Assembly: GCA_964615345.1 (NCBI GenBank)
Contig: CAZTMR010000004.1
Location: 16-62,386, forward strand
Length of the DNA stretch: 62,371 nt
DNA from: an uncultured Dehalococcoidaceae bacterium
GTDB lineage: Bacteria; Chloroflexota; Dehalococcoidia; Dehalococcoidales; RBG-16-60-22
Direction of reading: 5' to 3'
Position numbers and translations under genes: made by a program. Under the pieces are notes generated by a model. The model did not search any database, was not told the DNA's origin, and saw nothing but the letters and a program-made list of their open reading frames with translations. This document shows, one piece after another, positions 53,636-62,371 of this stretch (its first letter is position 1; the number at the start of each line of letters is the position of its first letter).

Positions 53636-54567
53636 GCCGGCTAGTTGCCATTGTCGGGCCCACCGGCGTCGGTAAGAGCCGCTTGGCGCTACGAATTGCG
53701 CAAGTTTTTGGTGGGGAGGTGGTGAACGGAGATAGCCGGCAAGTGTACCGGCACATGAATATCGGCACCGCCAAGCCGTCTGCAGAAGAACTATCTCTGT
53801 CCCCACACCATTTAATCGGTATTGTGGAACCGGGTGAGCCCTTCGGCCTGGCGCAGTACCTGGAGCTTGCCTGCCGGGCGATTGAAGAGATAAGCGGACG
53901 CAATAAGTTGCCGGTATTGACAGGGGGGACCGGGCAGTATATCTGGGCGGTACTGGAAGGGTGGAACCTTCCCGGAGTCCCGCCGGACCCCGGATTGAGA
54001 GAATATCTGGAAAAGCAGGCAGCTGCCGGAAAGGTACAGCAGCTTTACCGGGAAGTTATGGATGCTAACCCGCAGGCAGCCGCCGGAATCGACCCGCAGA
54101 ATGTCCGCCGTCTGGTCAGAGCCGTGGAAATAGTCCGTAAATCTGAAGGAAAAATCCTGACGACAAAGAAAAAGACACCGCCCTTCCGGCGGCTGATTAT
54201 CGGGCTTACTACCGGCCGGGCGGAGCTTTACCGGCAGGTTGACGCCCGGGTTGAGGAAATGATAAAACGTGGCCTGATCGGCGAGGTGGAAAAATTGCTC
54301 GAAATGGGGTATGATTTTACATTGCCGGCCATGTCCGGGATCGGCTACCGGGAAATCGGCGCTTACCTGCGTGGCGAAATAACTTTTTCAGAAGCCAGCC
54401 GGCAGATTAAGAACCGGACGCACCGCTTTATCCGGCAGCAGTATAACTGGTTCAAGCCAGGTGACAACAGAATAAACTGGTTTGACGTCAACGAGACGCC
54501 AGAATCGGCAATATTCGAGTTGGTGCGTGAATTCCTTGATATTGAAACAGGCGGGGAGAAGAGTTGA
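53632..54567 (+). CDS. miaA: tRNA dimethylallyltransferase
   Basis: [26 protein letters not shown]. Confidence 0.96.
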   Translation: MSRLVAIVGPTGVGKSRLALRIAQVFGGEVVNGDSRQVYRHMNIGTAKPSAEELSLSPHHLIGIVEPGEPFGLAQYLELACRAIEEISGRNKLPVLTGGTGQYIWAVLEGWNLPGVPPDPGLREYLEKQAAAGKVQQLYREVMDANPQAAAGIDPQNVRRLVRAVEIVRKSEGKILTTKKKTPPFRRLIIGLTTGRAELYRQVDARVEEMIKRGLIGEVEKLLEMGYDFTLPAMSGIGYREIGAYLRGEITFSEASRQIKNRTHRFIRQQYNWFKPGDNRINWFDVNETPESAIFELVREFLDIETGGEKS

Positions 54568-55427
54568 TTAATTTTACCAAGATGCACGGGGCCGGAAATG
54601 ACTTTGTCCTGGTGAAAACAGAGGATGAGGCACGTGACTGGCCGTCTCTGGCCGTCCGTATGTGTGACCGGCATTTCGGCATCGGCAGTGACGGTTTGCT
54701 GCTGGTTCTACCTTCGGCAAAAGCCGATTGCCGGATGCGGATGTTCGACCCGGACGGCTCCGAAGCCGAAGCCTGTGGTAACGGTATACGCTGTGTGGGG
54801 CGCTTTATTCACGACGAGGGGCTCATTTCTCCGGTGGCCGGGAAAGCGACAGTGGAAACGCTGGCCGGTATCCGCGAGCTGGATTTTTTCCGGGAAGACG
54901 GCCGCCTCGTCAGTGTCCAGTCGAGTATGGGTAAGCCGCAGTTTCAGTCGGCGGAGATACCGGTTAATCTGCCCGGTGGCGAAGAGGGGAAAGTTTACAT
55001 AAACAATATGCTGCATTACCCGGTTACCGTGTCCGGAGTAACCATGCCCCTGAATCTGGTGTCTATGGGCAATCCCCACGCCGTTTACTTTCTATCCCAG
55101 CCGGTGGCAGATTTCCCGCTGAACGAGATAGGGTCGCGGGTGGAACATCTGGAGATATTTCCCCGGAGGACCAACTTTGAGATTGCCCGCGTGATTAACC
55201 GTAAAGAAATTGAAGTGCGGGTCTGGGAGCGGGGGGTAGGGGAGACCCTGGCCTGCGGTAGTGGCGCCTGTGCCGTGGCAGTAGCCGCCCGGTTATACGA
55301 TTATGCCGACCGCAGTGTCGATATCAGGTTACCCGGCGGTGTATTGCAACTGAAGTGGGACGGGGAGGGTGAAGTGCTCTGCAAAGGCCCCGCCGAGACA
55401 GTCTTTCAAGGAGAATGGCCAGAATGA
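54564..55427 (+). CDS. dapF: diaminopimelate epimerase
   Basis: HGAGNDF, CGNG, GNPH, ERGVGETLACGSG. Confidence 0.96.
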   Translation: MINFTKMHGAGNDFVLVKTEDEARDWPSLAVRMCDRHFGIGSDGLLLVLPSAKADCRMRMFDPDGSEAEACGNGIRCVGRFIHDEGLISPVAGKATVETLAGIRELDFFREDGRLVSVQSSMGKPQFQSAEIPVNLPGGEEGKVYINNMLHYPVTVSGVTMPLNLVSMGNPHAVYFLSQPVADFPLNEIGSRVEHLEIFPRRTNFEIARVINRKEIEVRVWERGVGETLACGSGACAVAVAARLYDYADRSVDIRLPGGVLQLKWDGEGEVLCKGPAETVFQGEWPE

Positions 55428-55437
55428 GGTGCAGCCA

Positions 55438-56607
55438 ATGAGATTAGCCCAGCGAGTGGAAAACCTGCCACCGTATCTTTTCCGTGAAATCACCCGGAAA
55501 ATCGCCGAGAAAAAAGCCCGGGGTGAGGAGATAGTTAGCTTTGCCATCGGCGACCCGGATATTCCCACCCCTCCCCATATCCTGGACGAGCTTTGCCAGA
55601 CGGCCCGGGATGCTGAAAATCACCGTTATCCGGAATCAGACAGCCTGCCGGAACTGCGCCGGGTTATCGCCGACTGGTACCAGAAGCGATTCGGCATATC
55701 CCTGGACTCTGACCATGAAGTGCTGCCGCTAATCGGCTCCAAGGAGGGAATTGCTCACATTGCCCTTTGCTTTATTGACCCGGGAGACGTGGCGCTGGTG
55801 CCGGACCCGGGATACCCCGTGTATTCCTTCGGTACCCGGATGGCGGGCGGGGAACCGTACTTTTTCTCTTTGAAAAAGGAAAATGGTTTTCTCCCTGACC
55901 TGAAAAGTATCCCTGGTGACGTTCTGAAAAAAACCAGGCTTATGTGGATAAATTATCCCAATAACCCCACCGCCGCCGTGGCTGAACTGGAGTTCTTTGA
56001 TAGGCTGGCGGAATTCGCCCGCGAATATGATATCGGTATCTGTCACGACGGCCCCTATTCCGAAGTGGCTTTTGACGGCTATCAGCCGGTCAGCTTCTTG
56101 CAGGCGAAAGATGCCAAAGACGTAGGCGTGGAATTCCATTCCCTTTCCAAGAGCTATAATATGACTGGCTGGCGCATTGGAATGGTCGTCGGCAATGCGA
56201 TGATGGTGGACGCCCTGAAAACGCTGAAGTCAAACATTGATTCGGGAATTCCCCAGGCGATACAGTACGCGGCAATCGAGGCTCTGACCGGCCCGCAGGA
56301 CTGCATAGTGGAGCACAACCGCATTTACCAGAAGCGCCGCGACCTGATTATCCAGACGCTGCGGCATATCGGCCTTGATGTTGAAGTACCCAAAGCCAGT
56401 TTATATATCTGGGCAAGGATCCCGGAAGGGTACACCTCGATCGGGTTTGCCGCTGACCTTCTGGAACAGGTCAACGTGGCGGTCACGCCGGGGACGGGCT
56501 ACGGTCAAAACGGGGAAGGCTACGTCCGGCTTTCTCTGACCACCCCGGACGCGGCGGTAGAGAAAGGTCTGGCGAGACTGACGGAATGGCGTCGCCGTGA
56601 GGGCTAG
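55438..56607 (+). CDS. dapL: LL-diaminopimelate aminotransferase
   Basis: GSKEG, NYPNNPT, SLSKSYNMTGWRIG; next to dapF. Confidence 0.85.
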   Translation: MRLAQRVENLPPYLFREITRKIAEKKARGEEIVSFAIGDPDIPTPPHILDELCQTARDAENHRYPESDSLPELRRVIADWYQKRFGISLDSDHEVLPLIGSKEGIAHIALCFIDPGDVALVPDPGYPVYSFGTRMAGGEPYFFSLKKENGFLPDLKSIPGDVLKKTRLMWINYPNNPTAAVAELEFFDRLAEFAREYDIGICHDGPYSEVAFDGYQPVSFLQAKDAKDVGVEFHSLSKSYNMTGWRIGMVVGNAMMVDALKTLKSNIDSGIPQAIQYAAIEALTGPQDCIVEHNRIYQKRRDLIIQTLRHIGLDVEVPKASLYIWARIPEGYTSIGFAADLLEQVNVAVTPGTGYGQNGEGYVRLSLTTPDAAVEKGLARLTEWRRREG

Positions 56608-56644
56608 CCACCGGAAATATCATTTGACATAAGGTTGCAGGCAA

Positions 56645-57799
56645 ATCAAACGGTCAACTGTCACGCAAGCGGCATCGGAAAGGGCTTATCTGGTTGCCGT
56701 TGTTCACAAAGGAAGGCGGGAGAAGTGGTCGGCGGAGTCCTCCCTCGAGGAGCTGGCCCGGCTCACCAGTACCGCGGGTGGGACCGTCGTCGGGAAACTG
56801 ATCCAGAGGCTGCCCGTACCTTCCATTTCTCATTACCTCGGTAAAGGGAAACTGGCGGAACTGCAAACGCTCCGCTACAGTACTGGCTATGATGTGGTCA
56901 TTTTTGATGACGAGCTTTCCCCGGTGCAACAGCGCAATCTGGAGGACTACCTGCAGGTAAAGGTTATTGACCGTGCGGCGCTGATTCTGGATATCTTCGC
57001 CCGCCGGGCGCGCACCCATGAAGGAAAACTGCAGGTAGAACTCGCCCAGCACCAATACCTTTTGCCGCGTCTGGCCGGACAGTGGAGTCACCTGGAGAGG
57101 CTTGGCGGCGGTATCGGCACCCGCGGCCCCGGTGAATCACAGCTAGAAACAGACCGCCGCCTTATCCGCCGCAAAATACACCGTCTGAATGAAGAGATTG
57201 AAGAAGTCAGAAAGCGCCGTGAGCAGTATCGGCGGAGGCGTTCTCGCAGCGGTATTCCGGTAATCGCTCTGGTTGGTTATACCAATTCGGGGAAGAGCAC
57301 TCTCCTGAACGCTCTCAGTCAGGCGGGTATCTTTACCGGGGACAAGCTATTCGCCACTCTGGACCCTACCACCCGCCGCCTTTCCTTGCCGGATGGCACT
57401 CCGGTGTTGTTTACCGATACCGTGGGTTTTATCCGCAAGCTGCCGCCAGCCATCATCCGCGCTTTCCGGGCGACCCTGGAAGAGCTCAGCGAAGCATCGG
57501 TGCTGCTGCACGTGATAGACCTATCCGCAAAAGACGCCCCGGAGCAGTACTGGACGGTAGAAAGTATTTTGTCTGACCTGGACCTGACGAATAAGCCCAG
57601 GATCACCGTGCTGAATAAAATCGACCGGGTGGTGGGAGAGGACCGGGAATGGGACGAGGCATCCGCCATGAGGTATCTTACCGACCGCCCGGCCGAAGAA
57701 AATACGGTGCTTATTTCTGCGGCGCGTCAGTGGGGGTTGAAGGAGTTGCTGGCGCGGGCCAGCCGGGTTTTAGCCGAAAAGAATGATGATACCGGCTAA
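56645..57799 (+). CDS. hflX: ribosome-splitting GTPase HflX; start codon non-canonical or uncertain
   Basis: In-frame ERAYLV...LEELARL...YLGKGK upstream of 56894; GYTNSGKS, LFATLD, DTVGF, NKID. Confidence 0.9.
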   Translation: MKRSTVTQAASERAYLVAVVHKGRREKWSAESSLEELARLTSTAGGTVVGKLIQRLPVPSISHYLGKGKLAELQTLRYSTGYDVVIFDDELSPVQQRNLEDYLQVKVIDRAALILDIFARRARTHEGKLQVELAQHQYLLPRLAGQWSHLERLGGGIGTRGPGESQLETDRRLIRRKIHRLNEEIEEVRKRREQYRRRRSRSGIPVIALVGYTNSGKSTLLNALSQAGIFTGDKLFATLDPTTRRLSLPDGTPVLFTDTVGFIRKLPPAIIRAFRATLEELSEASVLLHVIDLSAKDAPEQYWTVESILSDLDLTNKPRITVLNKIDRVVGEDREWDEASAMRYLTDRPAEENTVLISAARQWGLKELLARASRVLAEKNDDTG

Positions 57800-57985
57800 A
57801 TCCGTACGGAAGACACGCTGAAATCAAAATCCGGACGTTTTTCTGGTTGGCTCTCCCAGAAACTGTTTTGCCGGAACTTTTTATTTTCAATCCACCGGAT
57901 AAGGTGGCCAGGCAGTATGTTAACATGCTATACTCATATGCATTATAAGGCACAATGGCAGTATGGAAACGTCTCTCTCGTTATT

Positions 57986-58283
57986 AAGGGCGCACTATAT
58001 GTGTTATGTCGTCTGCAGGACTCGTTTCCCGGTAAAGAGTCTTGACATAAGGTAGTATCTTTACTCATTTGTCATGGGCTTATGGCTATATGGTCCTGCT
58101 AAAGCACCGGGCACATGCGGTCACTCGGAGCACTTAACAGCCCTCTGCACCTTAAGTCATATACCAGCCGGACCCGGCCACGACCCGGACACAACGGATT
58201 GTCTGTTGGAGTCGGAAAACTCGTATCTATTGGCTTCAAGGTAAAGATACCCACAACTAATACAGTGATTTTTTGTCTCCCTT
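57986..58283 (-). ncRNA. candidate large structured ncRNA (unassigned)
   Basis: At least seven mutually compatible helices including a perfect 10-bp stem; TATAAT 6 nt upstream of the paired 5' end. Confidence 0.5.
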
Positions 58284-58316
58284 GGCGTAATTATAGTGTT
58301 GTAGGATGAACTACAG

Positions 58317-58348
58317 AAAAAAGAAGCCGGATTTAATTATCCGGCTTC
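58317..58348 (-). terminator. intrinsic terminator
   Basis: GAAGCCGGAT-N6-ATCCGGCTTC 10-bp stem followed by a U run on the minus strand. Confidence 0.85.
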
Positions 58349-58387
58349 CTTAATTATGTCAACTTCTCTTCAGCCCGGCCGATGGCA

Positions 58388-59413
58388 TTACGGGACGCGG
58401 GCTACCGGCGGTATCGGCAGGCTTTTTGGCTTGTGTACCGGCTCCCAGATGCAGTGCAGCGGTGGAATGTCAACGTAGTGGAAGCCCCCCGCTTTCTCCT
58501 TCGGGTCGCCAAAATGCCCGCTCTGCAGGGAGATGAAACCCTGTTCGATGAGACGGTTCGGGATATCATCTATATCGTCGCAGAGAAACTTCAGGTGGTG
58601 GATACCCTCCCCGTATTCGTCTATCCAGTCCTGGTAGAGAGAGTCCCCCTCCCAGGGGCTGACCAGTTCCAGTTCCAGGTCTCCCAGGTAAGCGTGGGCA
58701 ATCTTTTCCTTGCCCCAGGCGGGACGGCCGCAGTACGTGCGGTCAAAGAGCACGTGGGAGCCCCACTCCCGGATTTCCCACGGCCCGATGCCGAGAAGGT
58801 TCCAGTAATTTCGCGCCGTCTCATAGACATCTTTCACCACCACGCCAACCTGCTTGATGCTGTCCACTTTCACCCGGGCCGGGCTGACCGCATTCGGGTC
58901 TTCCGGGAAATAGGAAAGTTCGAAAGGCGGTTTGTCCCCGGTGCGGGTGCTGGATTCCCAGATAGCGTGCAGGGGTTTCCTCATATCGTAATAGCTAAAC
59001 TGGTCTTTAAGGTCCGGGCCAAAGTGTCCACCCTGGAAGCAGGGGAAGCCCTGGGCGGCCATCATCTCGTTCAGGGTATCGATGTCCATACCCTTCGTCA
59101 AGAACTTCATATGGTGCAGTCCTTCACCGTGTTCTTCAAGCCAATCCTGGTAGGCGGAGCAGCCGCCGTCCGGCTGAAAGAGCTCCAGCTCGATGGGGCC
59201 GAGTTGTACCACAGCGCCCCGGTTTCGGCTCCAGGCCGGACGACCGTAGTACTTGAAATCGGGAATCTGCGCCGAGCCGAAATCGAACACCGTCCACGGA
59301 CCGATACCCAGAATATTCCAGTAGGACTCGAGCGCCTTCTGCAGGTCCTCGACCACGATGCAGACCTGCTGGATTTGAGAAGCTTTAACCCTGGATGGAC
59401 TTTCTTCTGTCAT
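58388..59413 (-). CDS. tandem two-domain VOC protein (methylmalonyl-CoA epimerase/glyoxalase-like)
   Basis: Two repeats of QVxxVV.D...YWNxLGIGPW...ELEL..P...GEGxHHxKF. Confidence 0.88.
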   Translation of the reverse strand: MTEESPSRVKASQIQQVCIVVEDLQKALESYWNILGIGPWTVFDFGSAQIPDFKYYGRPAWSRNRGAVVQLGPIELELFQPDGGCSAYQDWLEEHGEGLHHMKFLTKGMDIDTLNEMMAAQGFPCFQGGHFGPDLKDQFSYYDMRKPLHAIWESSTRTGDKPPFELSYFPEDPNAVSPARVKVDSIKQVGVVVKDVYETARNYWNLLGIGPWEIREWGSHVLFDRTYCGRPAWGKEKIAHAYLGDLELELVSPWEGDSLYQDWIDEYGEGIHHLKFLCDDIDDIPNRLIEQGFISLQSGHFGDPKEKAGGFHYVDIPPLHCIWEPVHKPKSLPIPPVARVP

Positions 59414-59494
59414 AGCCAACACTCCTTTAGCTGATTCTCAGCGTATACTAAGACCTGAACGTCTGCTTGTCAAGAAAACGCACGGTCTGACCGC

Positions 59495-59917
59495 TTAGGT
59501 GGTACGCAGCGCTGACATGCCGATGAGCTTATCAAAGTCGCGCTCCAGCTGGTAGTCAAGCTCTCCGATGTATATCTCCACCGTGGCCCAGACGTTGCCC
59601 TCCTCCAGGTGCCCTCCAATCAGTTCACCCGGCTTTTCCGGATCGATGAGTACCATGTGGAGATGGAAAATCAATTCGTCCTCGTATCTGGATAGCGATC
59701 CCTGACCGGCCAGGATGGACATATGTCCGGAATATTCATCATAGCTGAAGCCCCAGTTCCCGTCCCGGCGGGCCGTCCCGAATTTGGCGTTTTCCAGCGA
59801 GCCGATGCATCCCAGGATTATCGCCGAGGTGATACCCTTTTCTTGGCAGTAGTCCTTCAGCGCGCTCAATATCTCCTGCCCGTTATTGAGCCTCAAAAGA
59901 TTTACCGACTTGAACAT
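59495..59917 (-). CDS. PPC/DUF296 domain protein
   Basis: LRL..GQE, IGSL, HLH, GGHL. Confidence 0.85.
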   Translation of the reverse strand: MFKSVNLLRLNNGQEILSALKDYCQEKGITSAIILGCIGSLENAKFGTARRDGNWGFSYDEYSGHMSILAGQGSLSRYEDELIFHLHMVLIDPEKPGELIGGHLEEGNVWATVEIYIGELDYQLERDFDKLIGMSALRTT

Positions 59918-59972
59918 TAAACGTTTCCTCCTTTTTTTACTTATCGGCCGGTATCATCCTGTTAATTGCTTT

Positions 59973-60716
59973 TTATATCATCTCGTTGCCGCCGTCCACG
60001 CCCAGGCTCTGCCCGGTAATGTAAGATGCGTCATCGGAGGCGAGGAAGAGCACCGCCCGGGCCACTTCTTCCGGCTGCCCTACCCTGCCCAGTGCCACCC
60101 GCTGTAACGCGCCGTCCAGCACTTCCTTCCGGAGCTTGTACAGTGCCTCGGTATCAATCGTCCCGGGAACAACGCAGTTGACTCTAATGCTGTGTGGGGC
60201 CATCGCTACCGCCAGAGATTTGGTTACCGAAATTACCCCGGCTTTAGCCGCCCCGTAAGCCAGGCCGAAAGGCCGGGACTGCCGGCCGGCGATGGAAGCG
60301 ACGTTGACCACCCGTCCGTATTGCTGCTTTACCATGTGCGGTAAAACGGCGTGGGACATCAATATCGTCGTCATCAGGTTGGTGTCCAGTATTTTACGCC
60401 AGAGCGCCTCGTCTGCCTCGAGGAACGGAATGCTCTCGCTGCCACCGATGTTGTTGACCAGGATATCGATCCTGCCCCTGTCGGCGATGATTTTTTCCAC
60501 GGCGGCCTTTATTTCCGGCTCCCGGGTGGCATCCACTTTAATCGCCTTCGCTTGGCCGCCGCGGGACTCTATTTCCCGGGCTACTTCTCCGGCTTTGTCT
60601 TCTGTTATGTCAAGTATAAAAACGACGCTTCCCTCACCGGCAAATTCCATGGCGATGGCTTTACCGATACCGGAAGCGCCGCCGGTAACCACGGCAACCT
60701 TATCTTTAAACCTCAT
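59973..60716 (-). CDS. classical SDR oxidoreductase (FabG-like)
   Basis: TGGASGIG, NNIG, YGAAK, PG, ITGQ..VDGG. Confidence 0.93.
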   Translation of the reverse strand: MRFKDKVAVVTGGASGIGKAIAMEFAGEGSVVFILDITEDKAGEVAREIESRGGQAKAIKVDATREPEIKAAVEKIIADRGRIDILVNNIGGSESIPFLEADEALWRKILDTNLMTTILMSHAVLPHMVKQQYGRVVNVASIAGRQSRPFGLAYGAAKAGVISVTKSLAVAMAPHSIRVNCVVPGTIDTEALYKLRKEVLDGALQRVALGRVGQPEEVARAVLFLASDDASYITGQSLGVDGGNEMI

Positions 60717-60748
60717 TTTCGGCTCCTCGTTCCTGGAAATGTTCTCAC

Positions 60749-61690
60749 TCAAGTTCTCCTGACGAACTTTTGCAGCGTCTGCGGTCCTTTGTCCACGCCG
60801 GTATAGGTCTTGGACACTTCTCCGATGTAAATATCTCCCTTCGAGTCCACGCGTATCGTGTGCGGGGCCAGAAAGAGAGCGTTTCCCTTGTCTTTGCCGT
60901 CCTCATTGCCAAAGCGGGTAATCAGCTTTCCATCGGCGGTGAATATGCTTACCCGCAGGCCGAGTTCCGTGATATAGACAGTCCCCTCCTCGTCCATGCA
61001 CACGTCGGTGGGGCGTACCAACTCCTCCCACTGGTCTACAAGCTCTCCCTCCGTGTTGAATATCTGTATCCGATTATTTTCCCGGTCCGGCACCCAGATA
61101 TTACCCTGCCGGTCCAGACAAACAAAATGGGGGAGCCGGAACTCTCCCGGGCCAAACCCCGGTTCACCCCAGGAAAGAAGTAAGTCTCCATCCGGCGAAA
61201 ACTTGTGCACGCGGGCGTTACCGTAACCATCGGAAACGTAGATTTCTCCGGAAGGCGATACCGCCACGCCGGTGGGCCGGTTAAAGGGTGGAGCGCCACG
61301 CTTTATAGTGGTCAGGCTCCAGAAAAAGTCGAACCACACCGGGTCATATCCGGTGTCCGAAGGATTACCCTTACTACCCAGAGTCTGCAGCAGCTCTCCT
61401 TCCGGACTGAACTTGTAGACCACGTGGAGTTCGTCATCCGTGCAATACACGGTGCCGTCCGGGCCGATGCCGGCGCCGTGAGCGCGCCGGAACAGTCCTT
61501 CTCCCCAGGTTGTTAGTAAATTTCCTTCACAGTCAAAGACGATGACCGGGTGTGTGCTCCGGTTTAAGACATATACCCTGTCCCGGGCATCGATTGCCAG
61601 GCCGCAGACATCGAGCAGCGACCAGTCTGCCGGATACTTTGCCCATCCCCTGTCCAGCTCGTAGGTGTGTTTTCCGGAGCCATATGACAT
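60749..61690 (-). CDS. NHL-repeat beta-propeller (peptidyl-alpha-hydroxyglycine lyase-like)
   Basis: AHG, PTGVA, VSDGYGNARVHKF, LPH, DRENNRIQ, APH. Confidence 0.88.
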   Translation of the reverse strand: MSYGSGKHTYELDRGWAKYPADWSLLDVCGLAIDARDRVYVLNRSTHPVIVFDCEGNLLTTWGEGLFRRAHGAGIGPDGTVYCTDDELHVVYKFSPEGELLQTLGSKGNPSDTGYDPVWFDFFWSLTTIKRGAPPFNRPTGVAVSPSGEIYVSDGYGNARVHKFSPDGDLLLSWGEPGFGPGEFRLPHFVCLDRQGNIWVPDRENNRIQIFNTEGELVDQWEELVRPTDVCMDEEGTVYITELGLRVSIFTADGKLITRFGNEDGKDKGNALFLAPHTIRVDSKGDIYIGEVSKTYTGVDKGPQTLQKFVRRT

Positions 61691-61769
61691 GCCCTTCCTC
61701 CTTATTATTATGCTTTTAGTGTAGCTAAACTCCGGGTTTATCCGGCCGCGGAAGAGTTACCGGCAGTAA

Positions 61770-61844
<75 letters not shown>

Positions 61845-61845
61845 A

Positions 61846-61889
61846 TGGAGCGGGAGACGGGGCTCGAACCCGCGACAACCTGCTTGGAA
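61846..61889 (-). pseudogene. 3' half (positions 33-76) of tRNA-Gly(UCC)
   Basis: TTCCAAGCAGGTTGTCGCGGGTTCGAGCCCCGTCTCCCGCTCCA; no GCGGGAG 5' acceptor strand or canonical D arm upstream within the window. Confidence 0.85.
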
Positions 61890-61938
61890 CACGCCGAAAG
61901 GCAAGGCGGGCACCTCCTTACCCCCTTTCTCCTTCTGG

Positions 61939-61967
61939 ATTATAGGGAGAACTGGACGGCGTGTCAA
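61939..61967 (-). promoter_or_regulatory. consensus sigma70 promoter
   Basis: Exact TTGACA, 17 nt, TATAAT. Confidence 0.88.
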
Positions 61968-62282
61968 GGCTGAAGAGGTTGTAGCATTTCAACTAGCACT
62001 AAGCTCGTTAAATCACGGACTTGTTGTCGTCTTTTAAGTAGACCTCAACTGGCAGATTTTGCTTCCCTTCGTGAAAGAGGCCGTTTCTAACAGCATACCA
62101 GTCAATTATAACTTCATCTAAAAATCCCCATATATCATCACCATAACCCCTGTCAACAATAGAATCTCTTAACCCTTTTCTTTTTATCCTCCCGAAAGAC
62201 TTCTCATTGTGCTACAATAGAGAAATAAAATCTCAGTACTTTAACACCGCGAGTCTTTTTCAGACAGGAAAGGGGGTCAGCA

Positions 62283-62371
62283 ATGACCACAACCGAGGAA
62301 CTAATCAAGGAATTAAAAAGTAAGAAAGAGAAAATTGCGGCTATGGGTGGCGCGGAAGCTATCGCCAAACG
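62283..62371 (+). CDS. acyl-CoA carboxylase carboxyltransferase subunit, N-terminal fragment (truncated by window)
   Basis: MTTTEELIKELKSKKEKIAAMGGAEAIAK resembles PccB/MmdA N-termini; only 29 codons visible. Confidence 0.55.
   Translation, partial: MTTTEELIKELKSKKEKIAAMGGAEAIAK

Noticed and set aside
58097-58309. Small ORFs on both strands in the post-hflX gap
   Set aside because: No recognisable protein features; the minus-strand one would need an ATC or internal start; RNA structure explains the region better.
61846-62280. Group I intron interrupting tRNA-Gly
   Set aside because: No 5' exon or intron core is visible, and a consensus promoter lies only ~50 nt upstream of the break.

Overview
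A 62.4-kb gene-dense bacterial chromosomal segment. Gene content and order suggest Chloroflexota, class Dehalococcoidia (my inference, not a database result). It is mostly housekeeping operons: birA, nfeD/slipin, hisZ-hisG-hisD-hisC-hisB, guaA-purD-purE-purB-purC, tsaE-tsaB-tsaD-tsaC, ilv/leu, dxs-pgk-apgM-tpiA-miaA-dapF-dapL-hflX. It also has a corrinoid protein/MtaA-type methyltransferase pair, two uncharacterised catabolic clusters (37.5-48.0 kb and 58.4-61.7 kb), tRNA-Arg(UCU) and tRNA-Ile2(CAU). No integrase, transposase or CRISPR array was seen. Most notable unexplained signals: (1) a ~300-nt extensively nested base-paired element after hflX (57986-58283), a candidate large ncRNA; (2) a tRNA-Gly(UCC) 3' half whose 5' half is replaced by a consensus promoter plus a perfect Shine-Dalgarno, with an ORF reading through both tRNA sequences; (3) two genes (comD-like, hflX) that appear to need non-canonical start codons; (4) a tandem-duplicated HisG whose two copies have lost complementary motifs; (5) an atypical short ThyA. 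All calls come from reading motifs by eye; no searches or folding programs were run. Some CDS starts were moved from the ORF track to the RBS-supported codon.
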